From an uncultured delta proteobacterium (GTDB taxonomy: Bacteria > Myxococcota > Myxococcia > SLRQ01): a stretch of DNA of 36,646 nucleotides. The notes beneath the pieces were generated by a model, which worked only from the letters and a program-made list of their open reading frames with translations, did no database searches and was not told the origin of the DNA. A program made the translations under genes and the position numbers. Location of the stretch: positions 1-36,646 of the forward strand of contig CAVSGM010000013.1 in NCBI GenBank assembly GCA_963727485.1, read 5' to 3'. Within the stretch, counting starts at the first letter, position 1. Each line of letters begins with the position of its first letter. Shown here piece after piece: positions 1 to 8,320 of the stretch.

Positions 1-207
1 GGTGGGATCGCCGATGCCGGCTCCCCCGGAGACGGGGGCCTCGGCGCCGGGTTCGGCGGCGCCGACGGCGGTCCCACCGCCACCGGGACCGCCGGGGGCT
101 GCGGCTGCAGCGCCACCGGCGGCGGGAGCCCGGCGGGCCTGGTGGGCCTGCTCCTGGTGGGCCTGGTGCTCCGGCGCCGGCACCCGCGGGGCGACACCTA
201 CAAGTAA
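1..207 (+). CDS. 3' end of a MYXO-CTERM surface protein (5'-truncated by window edge)
   Basis: Frame 1 reads [13 protein letters not shown]...[39 protein letters not shown] (TAA 205-207): a Gly/Asp linker, GCGC motif, hydrophobic helix and Arg cluster. Not in the ORF track. Confidence 0.85.
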   Translation, partial: GGIADAGSPGDGGLGAGFGGADGGPTATGTAGGCGCSATGGGSPAGLVGLLLVGLVLRRRHPRGDTYK

Positions 208-232
208 GCTTAAAAGGTGGGACGCCGGGGCG

Positions 233-269
233 TTGTGGCCCCGGAAGCCCCGCGGGTAGGCTTCCCCCC
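233..269 (+). promoter_or_regulatory. Putative sigma70-type promoter for a leaderless transcript
   Basis: TTGTGG (233-238), 18 nt, TAGGCT (257-262), 7 nt, ATG 270; no Shine-Dalgarno. Confidence 0.5.
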
Positions 270-2093
270 ATGAACCGGCGCGCCCAGCTCGCACTCCTCG
301 CCCTGCTCACCTTCGCCGCCTGCGGTCCCGGGGGGCAGCTGCCCGGCCACGCCAACGCCGGCGCCACGCCCCTGCCGCCCGGGATGATGGCCCAGGCCCT
401 CAACAAGTGCGCGGCGGGGACCACGCTCCCGGGCATCGACGTGTCGGTCTACCAGGGGACGATCCCGTGGTCGACGTCGGGGTCGGGCCTCAAGTGGGCC
501 TACGCCAAGGCCACCGAGGGCGTCACCTACACGGACCCCCAGTTCGCCAACAACTGGCCGGGGATGAAGGGCGCGGGGCTCGCCCGGGGCGCCTACCACT
601 TCTTCCGCCCGAAGGACGACGGCAAGGCCCAGGCCGACGCCTACCTGGCGGCGGTGGGCCAGATGGGCGCCGGCGATCTCCCGCCGATGCTCGACTGGGA
701 GGTCACCGACGGGGTGAGCGCGGCGACGGCCTCGGCGCGGGCCCAGGCGTTCATCGACGAGATCCACGCCCAGACCGGCCGGGCCACGGTCATCTACACC
801 AGCCCCGGGACCTGGGGGAGCAAGTCGTCCACCAGCTTCGGCGCCGATCCCCTCTGGGTCGCCGACTGGCTCTACGACCCCACCAGCTGCCCGGTGCTCC
901 CGAGCGGGTGGAGCGACTGGATGTTCTGGCAGTACTCCAACAAGGGCGCCATCTCCGGCATCAGCGGCAACGTCGACCTCGACGTGTTCAACGGTGACGC
1001 CTCGGCGCTGGCCACCGCGTCGGGCGGCGCCTGCACCGGCCCCAAGTCGACGGCGGTCGGCGGCGGCGGGGTGGTGACCTCGGGCGCCTGCAAGACCGCC
1101 CCGCCCCAGGTCGGGTCGTCCGGGGTCTGCGGGGCCATCGGCGGCGGCGAGGGGCTGGTCGCCGGGGGCTCCGAGGGGTCCTGTGACGGGCGCTTCGTCC
1201 TGGCCCTGAAGTCGAGCGGCGACCTGGTGCTCTACGCCCACGGCAACCAGATCTGGGACACCGGGACCGCCGGGAGCGGCGCCACCGTCCTCGACATGCA
1301 GTCCGACGGCGACCTCGTCCTCTACGACGCCGGGGGCTGCGCCGTGTGGTCCACGGCCACCGGCGGCCACCCCGGGGCGTCCTTCGCGATCCAGAGCGAC
1401 GGGAACCTCGTGGTCTCCGATTCCACCGGCGCCCTCTGGTCCTCGGGGACCGGCGCCATCGCCCTGGCCCCGACCACCTGCGGCACCCTGGCCTCGGGCA
1501 GCGGCCTCGGCCCCGGCGACTCCCTCAACAGCTGCGGCGGGTGCTTCACCCTCACCATGCAGAGCGACGGAGATCTGGTGCTCGGCCAGCAGGGCCAGGG
1601 GATGCTGTGGCAGTCGGCGACCGGCGGCGGCGCCGGCTACCAGGTGGTCATGGAGACCGGCGGCGACCTGGTCGTCTACTCCAAGGAGGGCTGCCCGGTG
1701 TGGGACTCCAAGACCGGCGGCCACGCCGGCGCCTACGCCAAGGTCGAGGACGACGGGAACCTCGTGGTCTACGACAGCTCGGGCTCGCCCCTGTGGTCCT
1801 CGTCGAGCACCGCGTGCACCGGCGGGTGCACCTGCAACGGCGGGACCGGCGGGGGCACCGACGGCGGCGTCTCCGGGGGCACCGACGGCGGCACGGGCGG
1901 GGGCACCGGCGGGACCGGCGGCGGCACCCCGGACGGCGGCACCGGCGGATCGACCGACGGCGGGACCGGGGGCACCACCGGCACCGGCAGCGGCGGCTGC
2001 AGCTGCAGCGCCACCGGCAGCTCGAGCCCCGGTGTCATGGGCCTGCTCCTGGTCGTCGGCCTGGTGGGCCTGCGCCGGCGCCGGCGGGCCTGA
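270..2093 (+). CDS. GH25 muramidase (lysozyme) + two bulb-type (B-)lectin domains + Gly/Thr linker + MYXO-CTERM; lipoprotein-like signal peptide
   Basis: GH25 motifs GIDVS, KATEG, GAYHF, MLDWE (DxE), WQY and VDLD; six QxDxNxVxY-like lectin repeats (e.g. [30 protein letters not shown]); C-terminal GGCSC, TM helix, RRRRRA; N-terminal ...LLTFAAC. Confidence 0.9.
   Translation: MNRRAQLALLALLTFAACGPGGQLPGHANAGATPLPPGMMAQALNKCAAGTTLPGIDVSVYQGTIPWSTSGSGLKWAYAKATEGVTYTDPQFANNWPGMKGAGLARGAYHFFRPKDDGKAQADAYLAAVGQMGAGDLPPMLDWEVTDGVSAATASARAQAFIDEIHAQTGRATVIYTSPGTWGSKSSTSFGADPLWVADWLYDPTSCPVLPSGWSDWMFWQYSNKGAISGISGNVDLDVFNGDASALATASGGACTGPKSTAVGGGGVVTSGACKTAPPQVGSSGVCGAIGGGEGLVAGGSEGSCDGRFVLALKSSGDLVLYAHGNQIWDTGTAGSGATVLDMQSDGDLVLYDAGGCAVWSTATGGHPGASFAIQSDGNLVVSDSTGALWSSGTGAIALAPTTCGTLASGSGLGPGDSLNSCGGCFTLTMQSDGDLVLGQQGQGMLWQSATGGGAGYQVVMETGGDLVVYSKEGCPVWDSKTGGHAGAYAKVEDDGNLVVYDSSGSPLWSSSSTACTGGCTCNGGTGGGTDGGVSGGTDGGTGGGTGGTGGGTPDGGTGGSTDGGTGGTTGTGSGGCSCSATGSSSPGVMGLLLVVGLVGLRRRRRA
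1837..1992 (+). repeat. Imperfect GGT(D)GG coding repeat (linker before MYXO-CTERM)
   Basis: Repeated ggcaccgacggc / ggcaccggcgg units encoding [22 protein letters not shown]... Confidence 0.75.
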
Positions 2094-2102
2094 ACGGGCG
2101 CC

Positions 2103-2138
2103 TTGCCGACCCTGGCCGCGGGCAGGTAGCGTGCGTCG
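2103..2138 (+). promoter_or_regulatory. Putative sigma70-type promoter for a leaderless transcript
   Basis: TTGCCG (2103-2108), 18 nt, TAGCGT (2127-2132), 6 nt, ATG 2139; same geometry as the upstream paralog. Confidence 0.5.
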
Positions 2139-3926
2139 ATGCGCCGCCTCGCCCGCGTTGCCGTCCTGACCCTCGGGGTCGCCCTCGCCGCCGGCTGCGG
2201 GTCGTCGGGTGGGTCCGCGTCCGGGCCATCTGCGCCCGGGGTCGCCGAGCTTCCCCTGACCGTCTGCGCCCCGGGCACCACCCTCCCGGGCATCGACGTG
2301 TCCAAGTACCAGGGGCAGATCGACTGGTCGAAGGTCGCGGGCTCGGGCGTGGTGTGGGCCTACGCCGAGGCGAGCCGGTGCGCGAAGAACACCAGCTACA
2401 CCGTCGACCTCGATCCCATCTTCCCCACCAACTGGGCGCAGATGAAGCAGAACGGCGTCGTCCGCGGCGCGTACCACCTGTTCTGCCCCAACGTCGACGG
2501 CAAGGCCCAGGCCGATGCCTTCCTGGACCACGTGGGGACCCTCGAGGCCACCGACCTCCCGCCGATGCTCGACTGGGAGAAGAACGAGGCGGGGGCGAGC
2601 TACGCGGTGGCCGAGGCCAACGCCCAGGCGTTCCTCGACGAGGTCGAAGCCCGCACCGGCCGGCGGCCGGTCATCTACACCTCGCCCGGGTTGTGGCCGA
2701 ACCTCTCCCACACGAGCTTCGCCAGCTACGACCTCTGGGTCGCCAACTGGAACGTCCAGTGCCCCACCATGCCCGGCGACTGGACCGACTGGGTCTTCTG
2801 GCAGCACACCTCCAAGGGCTCGGTGCCCGGGATCTCCGGCAACGTCGACCTCGACTGGTTCAACGGCGACCGGGCGGCCCTGGGGCAGATCGCCGGTGGC
2901 GCCACCTGTGACGGGCCCGTGGGCCACCCGGTGGGGCAGGGTGGGGCGGGGACCGCGTGCACCGGGAGCGCCCCCCAGGTCGACGCCCCTGGGACCTGCG
3001 GCGCCCTCCAGCCGGGCCAGGGGCTGCTCCCGGGCCAGCACCTCGCCTCCTGCGATCACCGCTTCGTCCTGGCGCTCACCAGTACCGGCGACCTGAAGCT
3101 CTTCGCCCACGGGAACCTCGCCTGGGACGCCGGCACCGGGGGCCAGCACGTCGCCGCGCTGGTGATGCGGTCGGGCGGCGACCTGGTCCTGGCCTCGGAC
3201 ACCGGCTGCGCGGTGTGGCACTCCGGGACCGGCGGCAACGCCGGCGCCGCGCTCACCCTGGGCGACGACGGCGAGCTCTCGGTCTCGGCGGGCGGCACCG
3301 TGCTCTGGTCCGCGGGCACCGGCGCCATCCCCCCGGTGCCCGCCACCTGCGGCACCTTCGCCGCCGGGGAGGGCCTCGGCCCGGGCGATCGGATCACCAG
3401 CTGCGGCGGCTGCTACGCCCTCACGCTCCAGGGCGACGGGGACCTGGTGGTCCAGCGCCTCGGCGACGGCACCGTGGTCTGGAAGACCGGGACCACCGCC
3501 GGCTACGCCCTCGAGGAGGGCCCGGACGGCGACCTCGTCCTCTACGACGCCGCCGGGTGCACCCTCTGGTCGTCGGGGACCGGCGGCAACGCCGGGGCCC
3601 TGGCGACCCTCGAGGACGACGGGAACCTCGAGGTGACCACCGCCGCCGGGGCCACCCTGTGGAGCGCCGGGACGATCGACTGCACCAGCGGCCCGTGCAC
3701 CTGCACCGCCGCGACCGACGGAGGCACCCCCGGGGATGGTGGCGGGGGCCCGGTGGACGGCGGGGCGACCGGCGACGGCGGGCCCGGATCCGGCGGCGGT
3801 GGCGGCGGTGGTGTTCCGAGCCCCGGCGGCTGCGGCTGCAGCGCCACCGGCGGCGCCCCGGCGGGCCTCGGCCTCGTCGTGGTGCTGGCCCTGGGCCTCC
3901 GCCGGCGCCGCCCCCTCACCCGCTGA
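2139..3926 (+). CDS. Paralogous GH25 muramidase + two B-lectin domains + MYXO-CTERM; lipoprotein-like signal peptide
   Basis: GIDVSKYQG, GAYHL, MLDWE, WQH, VDLD; colinear with 270..2093; C-terminal [12 protein letters not shown] helix, RRRR; N-terminal ...VALAAGC. Confidence 0.9.
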   Translation: MRRLARVAVLTLGVALAAGCGSSGGSASGPSAPGVAELPLTVCAPGTTLPGIDVSKYQGQIDWSKVAGSGVVWAYAEASRCAKNTSYTVDLDPIFPTNWAQMKQNGVVRGAYHLFCPNVDGKAQADAFLDHVGTLEATDLPPMLDWEKNEAGASYAVAEANAQAFLDEVEARTGRRPVIYTSPGLWPNLSHTSFASYDLWVANWNVQCPTMPGDWTDWVFWQHTSKGSVPGISGNVDLDWFNGDRAALGQIAGGATCDGPVGHPVGQGGAGTACTGSAPQVDAPGTCGALQPGQGLLPGQHLASCDHRFVLALTSTGDLKLFAHGNLAWDAGTGGQHVAALVMRSGGDLVLASDTGCAVWHSGTGGNAGAALTLGDDGELSVSAGGTVLWSAGTGAIPPVPATCGTFAAGEGLGPGDRITSCGGCYALTLQGDGDLVVQRLGDGTVVWKTGTTAGYALEEGPDGDLVLYDAAGCTLWSSGTGGNAGALATLEDDGNLEVTTAAGATLWSAGTIDCTSGPCTCTAATDGGTPGDGGGGPVDGGATGDGGPGSGGGGGGGVPSPGGCGCSATGGAPAGLGLVVVLALGLRRRRPLTR

Positions 3927-4032
3927 TCGCCCCCGGCCCCACACGGGGGACCACGATCTGGTATCCTGCAAGGGCCCGTGGTATCGTCCAACCCGTCGGT
4001 AACCCCGACATTTCGAGGGGTTAGCGTTCCCC

Positions 4033-4416
4033 ATGGCCGAGCGTACCTACAAGGTCCTCGTCGTCGAGGACAGCCCCGCCATGCGGACTCTCGTGGGATC
4101 CACGGTGGAGTCGGTGGACGGGGTCCAGGTGGTCGAGACCGACAGCGGCTTCGAGGCCCTGAAGGTCCTCCCCCGGGAGCGCTTCGACCTCATCATCACC
4201 GACATCAACATGCCCGACATCAACGGGCTCGAGCTCATCAACTTCGTGAAGAAGAACCCGAACTACCGGGAGGTCCCGCTGATCATCATCAGCACCGAGG
4301 GCACCGACCGGGACCGGGAGAAGGGGATGCGCCTCGGGGCCGTCGCCTACCTCATCAAGCCGTTCGAGCCCCAGGACCTCCTGGAGCACGTGCGCAAGCA
4401 CCTCGGGATCGACTGA
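4033..4416 (+). CDS. cheY: CheY-like single-domain response regulator
   Basis: VLVVEDS, ITDINMP (phospho-Asp), ISTE and IKPF motifs; directly upstream of cheA. Confidence 0.9.
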   Translation: MAERTYKVLVVEDSPAMRTLVGSTVESVDGVQVVETDSGFEALKVLPRERFDLIITDINMPDINGLELINFVKKNPNYREVPLIIISTEGTDRDREKGMRLGAVAYLIKPFEPQDLLEHVRKHLGID

Positions 4417-4419
4417 CCC

Positions 4420-6553
4420 ATGTCCGGTGGCCGCGGCCGCATCTCCAAGAAGGCCCTCCAGGACTTCCTCTCCGAGGCCCAGGAGATCGTCGAGCAGCTC
4501 TCGAGTGACCTCCTGCGCCTCGACGACGAGGCCAAGCGCGGGCGCATCGATCCCGAGGTCCTGAACAACGCCTTCCGGGCGGCCCACAGCCTCAAGGGCC
4601 TCTCGGGGATGTTCGGCATCGAGCGGATGAGCGCGGTGGCCCACCGCCTCGAGGACCTCATGGACGGCCTGCGCATGGGCCGGGTCGAGGTGGGTCCGGA
4701 GCTCATGGACGTCCTCTTCGAGGGCATCGAGACCTTGAACCTCATGATCGCCGAGGTCAGCCGCGATCAGGACGGCGCCGAGGGGGGCTCCACCGATCGT
4801 GCCGCGGCGCTGGTCGAGCGCATCGACGCCACCCTCTCCGCCGGCGCCACCTCGGGCTCCGAGGACCCGCTCACCCAGGTCGACATCGACCAGCAGGTCC
4901 TCGACGTCCTCACCGAGTACGAGGAGCACCGCCTCCGGGAGAACGTCCGCCAGGGCGCCGACCTCTACCGGATCCACGCCTCCTTCGATTCTCATGACCT
5001 TCGACCGGGAGCTCTCGGATCTCACCACCCGGGTGAAGACCGTGGGCGAGGTGATCTCCACCCTCCCGTCCGGCGAGGGGGGCAGCGACAGCTCCATCGA
5101 CTTCGATCTGCTCCTGGGCACCGACCGCTCCCGGGACGCCCTCGAGCAGGCCATCGCCGGGATCCCCGTCGACCTCGAGGCCATCCCCCGGAAGGGCGCG
5201 GCCCGGCGCCGGCGGGCCCCGGCGCCGAAGACCGCCCAGGTGGGCCCGTTCAAGGCCGCCGACGCCGACGCCACCGGGGTCGCCGCCGCCGAGGCCGCCC
5301 AGGCGGTCGCCGCCCACGACGACTTCGCGTCCCTGAAGAGCGTCGCCCAGACCGTCCGGGTCGACATCAGCCGCCTCGACCACCTGATGAACGTGGTCGG
5401 CGAGCTGGTGCTCTCCAAGAGCAACATCCAGCGCATCTCCGACCAGCTCAAGGAGCGCATGGGCTTCAACGGCCTCGCCGTGGACCTCTACAAGGAGGCG
5501 CGGAACCTCGAGCGCAAGCTCGAGGAGCTCCAGGGCGGCGTCCTCGAGGTGCGGATGGTGCCCCTGGGGCAGATCTTCGACAAGCTCCAGCGCATGGTCC
5601 GCAAGATCGCCCGGGAGGCCGGCAAGGAGGTCCGCCTCGAGGTCAGCGGCGGCGACACCGAGCTCGACAAGCTCATCATCGAGGACCTCTCCGACCCCCT
5701 GATGCACATGATCCGCAACGCCGTGGACCACGGCATCGAGGCGCCGGCGGTGCGCCGGGCCGCGGGCAAGCCCGCCGAGGGGCTCATCCACCTGGAGGCG
5801 GTGCAGAAGGGCAACCACGTCACCATCGAGGTCACCGACGACGGCGAGGGGATGGACGAGCAGACCATCCTCAACACCGCCCTCGACCGGGGCCTGATCA
5901 CCCGCGAGCAGGCCGGCGAGCTCACCCGGCGCGACGTCCTGGGCCTGGTGTTCACCGCCGGCTTCTCCACCCGCACCGAGGTCAGCGACCTCTCCGGGCG
6001 CGGGGTGGGCCTCGACGTGGTGAAGACCAACATCGGCAACCTCTCGGGGGTCATCGACGTCCACTCGGAGCCCGGGCACGGGACCCGGTTCTCGGTGACC
6101 CTGCCCATCACCCTGGCCATCATCCAGGCCCTGGTGATCAAGGTCAGCGGGCGGGTCTACGCGGTGCCGCTGGCCAGCGTCCTGGAGATCCTGCGCCTGG
6201 CCCCCGGCGAGCTGCGCACCGTGGAGCAGCGGGAGGTCATCGACCTGCGGGGGAGCACCGTGCCCCTGGTCCGCCTCTCGCGCCTCTTCGAGCTCGGGGA
6301 GGTGGCCCGGCCCACCGACCGGTTCTACGCGGTCATCGTGGGGCTCGCCCAGAACCGCATCGGCATCGCCGTGGACGAGCTCCTCGGGCAGCAGGACGTG
6401 GTCATCAAGAGCCTCGGGGGGAAGCTCGACGGGGTGCGCGGCATCGCCGGCGCCACCGATCTCGGCGACCAGCGCACCACCCTCGTCCTCGACGTGGGCG
6501 CCCTCATCGACGAGGTCCTCGAGGGGGGCGAGGCCCACGCCCTCGCCGGGTGA
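4420..6553 (+). CDS. cheA: Chemotaxis histidine kinase CheA (one apparent +1 frame break near 4990)
   Basis: Frame 1 carries the HPt domain (FRAAHSLKG). Frame 2 carries the dimerisation, HATPase (HMIRNAVDHG, DDGEG, GFST, SGRGVGLDVV) and CheW-like domains. Removing one base at TCGATTCTCAT joins them as ...HASFDLMTFDREL... Confidence 0.9.
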
Positions 6554-6558
6554 TCCCC

Positions 6559-7374
6559 ATGGCCGACGACACCCCCAAGACGCCCCGGCGGCGGAAGACC
6601 GCCGGGACCAAGGCCCCGGCGAACAAGGGGCGCCCCGCCAAGGGCGCCGCCGCCGGGAAGCCCGCCGCCGGGAAGCGGACGACCCGCAAGGCCCCCCGGC
6701 GCGCCGCAGCGCAGCCCGCGGATCCGCCGGCGGCCCCCGAGACCCCCGAGGCCTCGCCGCCCCGGCGCGCCGATCCGCCGGCCCGGGCGGCGGCCGACCC
6801 CGCCGGCGTGACGCCCACCGACCCCCTCGCCGACTTCTTCTACAGCCCCGACGAGGGCGGGGCCCCCGGCGCCCTGGTCGCCGCGCCCGGCGAGGCCCTC
6901 GCCCCCACCGGGGCAGCCGACGAGGCGCCCGACGCCGAGGCCGAGTACCTGACCTTCTGGCTCGCCGACGAGCTCTACGCCGTCCCGGTCGCGGCCCTCC
7001 GGGAGATCGTCCGGCCCCTGCCGGTCACCGACGTCCCCCGGACCCCGCCCTGGATCCTCGGGGTGGTCACCCTCCGGGGCACCGTCCTCCCGGTCTTCGA
7101 CCTGCGCCTGCGCCTCGGCCTCCCGGTGCGCGAGGCGCACCGGAGCACCCGGGTCCTCGTCCTCGAGGGCGACGACGGCCACGCGGGGATCCTCGCCGAC
7201 CGGGTCGACCAGGTGGTCCGCGCCGGCGACGACCTCGAGCCCGCCCCGGGCGCCCTGGGGAGTGGTTCGGACCACATCGAGGGCCTCCTGCGCCGGGACG
7301 GCCGGATGATCATCGTCCTCAACCTCAACGGCGCCCTGCGGGTCGACGACCGCCGCGCCCGGGAGACCGCGTGA
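6559..7374 (+). CDS. cheW: CheW with long basic/Pro-rich N-terminal extension
   Basis: ATG at 6559, just after the cheA stop; C-terminal CheW domain (YLTFWLADELYAV, TDVPRTPPWILGVVTLRG). Confidence 0.85.
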   Translation: MADDTPKTPRRRKTAGTKAPANKGRPAKGAAAGKPAAGKRTTRKAPRRAAAQPADPPAAPETPEASPPRRADPPARAAADPAGVTPTDPLADFFYSPDEGGAPGALVAAPGEALAPTGAADEAPDAEAEYLTFWLADELYAVPVAALREIVRPLPVTDVPRTPPWILGVVTLRGTVLPVFDLRLRLGLPVREAHRSTRVLVLEGDDGHAGILADRVDQVVRAGDDLEPAPGALGSGSDHIEGLLRRDGRMIIVLNLNGALRVDDRRARETA

Positions 7375-7925
7375 GCCGCACCCTCTCCGATCCCCCCCGG
7401 GCGCCCACCCTGGGCGCGGCACCGGCGGCGTCGGCCGCGACGCCGGAGTCGGTGCAGCTGTGCTCCTTCCTGGTGGGCGGCGAGCGCTACGTCATCGACA
7501 TCATGCGCATCCGGGAGATCGTCAGCCCCCTGCCGGTCACGCCCGTCCGCCGGAGCTCGCCCCTGGTCGAGGGGGTCATCGATCTCCGGGGGCAGGTGAT
7601 CCCCCTCGTCGATCTGCGCAAGGCCCTGGGGGTCCCGGTCACCGGCCTCGACCGCGGCGCCAAGCACGTCATCGTCGCCGTGGGCGGCGGGGTGGTGGGC
7701 CTGACCGTCGACGGCATGGGCCGGGTGCTCACGGTGCCCAGGAGCGCCATCCAGCTGGCCCCGGCGCTCATGGACGACGGCGAGGGCACGGTCTTCCCCG
7801 GCGTCCTCAACCATGGCGGCAGCCTCTACCTGCTCCTCGACCTCAAGGCCATCCTCGCCGGCGGCCTCCCGCGTCCCGAGGAGGTCGACCGGATGCGCGA
7901 CGCGGCCCTGGGAGGCGCCTCGTGA
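7371..7925 (+). CDS. cheW: Second CheW
   Basis: FLVGGERYVIDI, EGVIDLRGQVIPLVDLR; GTGA overlap with the upstream stop. Confidence 0.88.
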   Translation: MSRTLSDPPRAPTLGAAPAASAATPESVQLCSFLVGGERYVIDIMRIREIVSPLPVTPVRRSSPLVEGVIDLRGQVIPLVDLRKALGVPVTGLDRGAKHVIVAVGGGVVGLTVDGMGRVLTVPRSAIQLAPALMDDGEGTVFPGVLNHGGSLYLLLDLKAILAGGLPRPEEVDRMRDAALGGAS

Positions 7926-8320
7926 CCCGCGCGGTGGTCGCCCACCCCGACGCCACCTTGCGCAGCGGGATCCGCGCCCGCCTCGAGGCCGACGGGTACC
8001 AGGTGGCGGAGGTCGACGACGGCGCCGCCCTGCGCGCTGCCCTCGCCGAGGGGCCGGCGGAGGTGCTGGTCCTCGACGTGGCCCTCCCGGGCGCCCTCTC
8101 CATCCACCTCATCCCCGAGCTCCGGGCCGATCCCGCCACCCGGGAGCTGGTCATCCTCCTGGTGGCCTCGATCTACGACCGTCACGCCTGGCGCCGCCCC
8201 GCCCGGGAGCTCCACGGGGCCGACGCCCTGGTCGAGCCCCACCGCCTCGACGAGACGCTGGTGCCCCGGCTCCGGGCCCGCCTGGAGCACCGGCGGTCGG
8301 CGTCGGGAGACGCGTCATGA
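7922..8320 (+). CDS. Atypical receiver-domain protein
   Basis: GTG start overlapping the upstream stop; receiver pattern (GYQVAEVDDG, VLVLDVALPG, GADALV) with a degenerate acidic pocket and no conserved Lys. Confidence 0.75.
   Translation: MTRAVVAHPDATLRSGIRARLEADGYQVAEVDDGAALRAALAEGPAEVLVLDVALPGALSIHLIPELRADPATRELVILLVASIYDRHAWRRPARELHGADALVEPHRLDETLVPRLRARLEHRRSASGDAS

Noticed and set aside
1837..1992. Short repeats considered as a CRISPR array or mobile-element ends (also 29761-29823)
   Set aside because: They are in-frame coding repeats with no unique spacers, and no cas or transposase genes are present.
210..4034. 1274-aa minus-strand ORF and other very long antisense or alternate-frame ORFs (e.g. 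8182..10839, 15165..17639, 24212..26809, 29275..32361)
   Set aside because: Shadow ORFs expected in very GC-rich DNA. They mirror well-supported genes on the other strand and have no recognisable motifs.
4420..7374. 984-aa ORF that looks like an HPt-CheW fusion
   Set aside because: Produced by the cheA frame break: the middle is out-of-frame Arg/Pro/Gly-rich sequence, and cheW has its own ATG at 6559.
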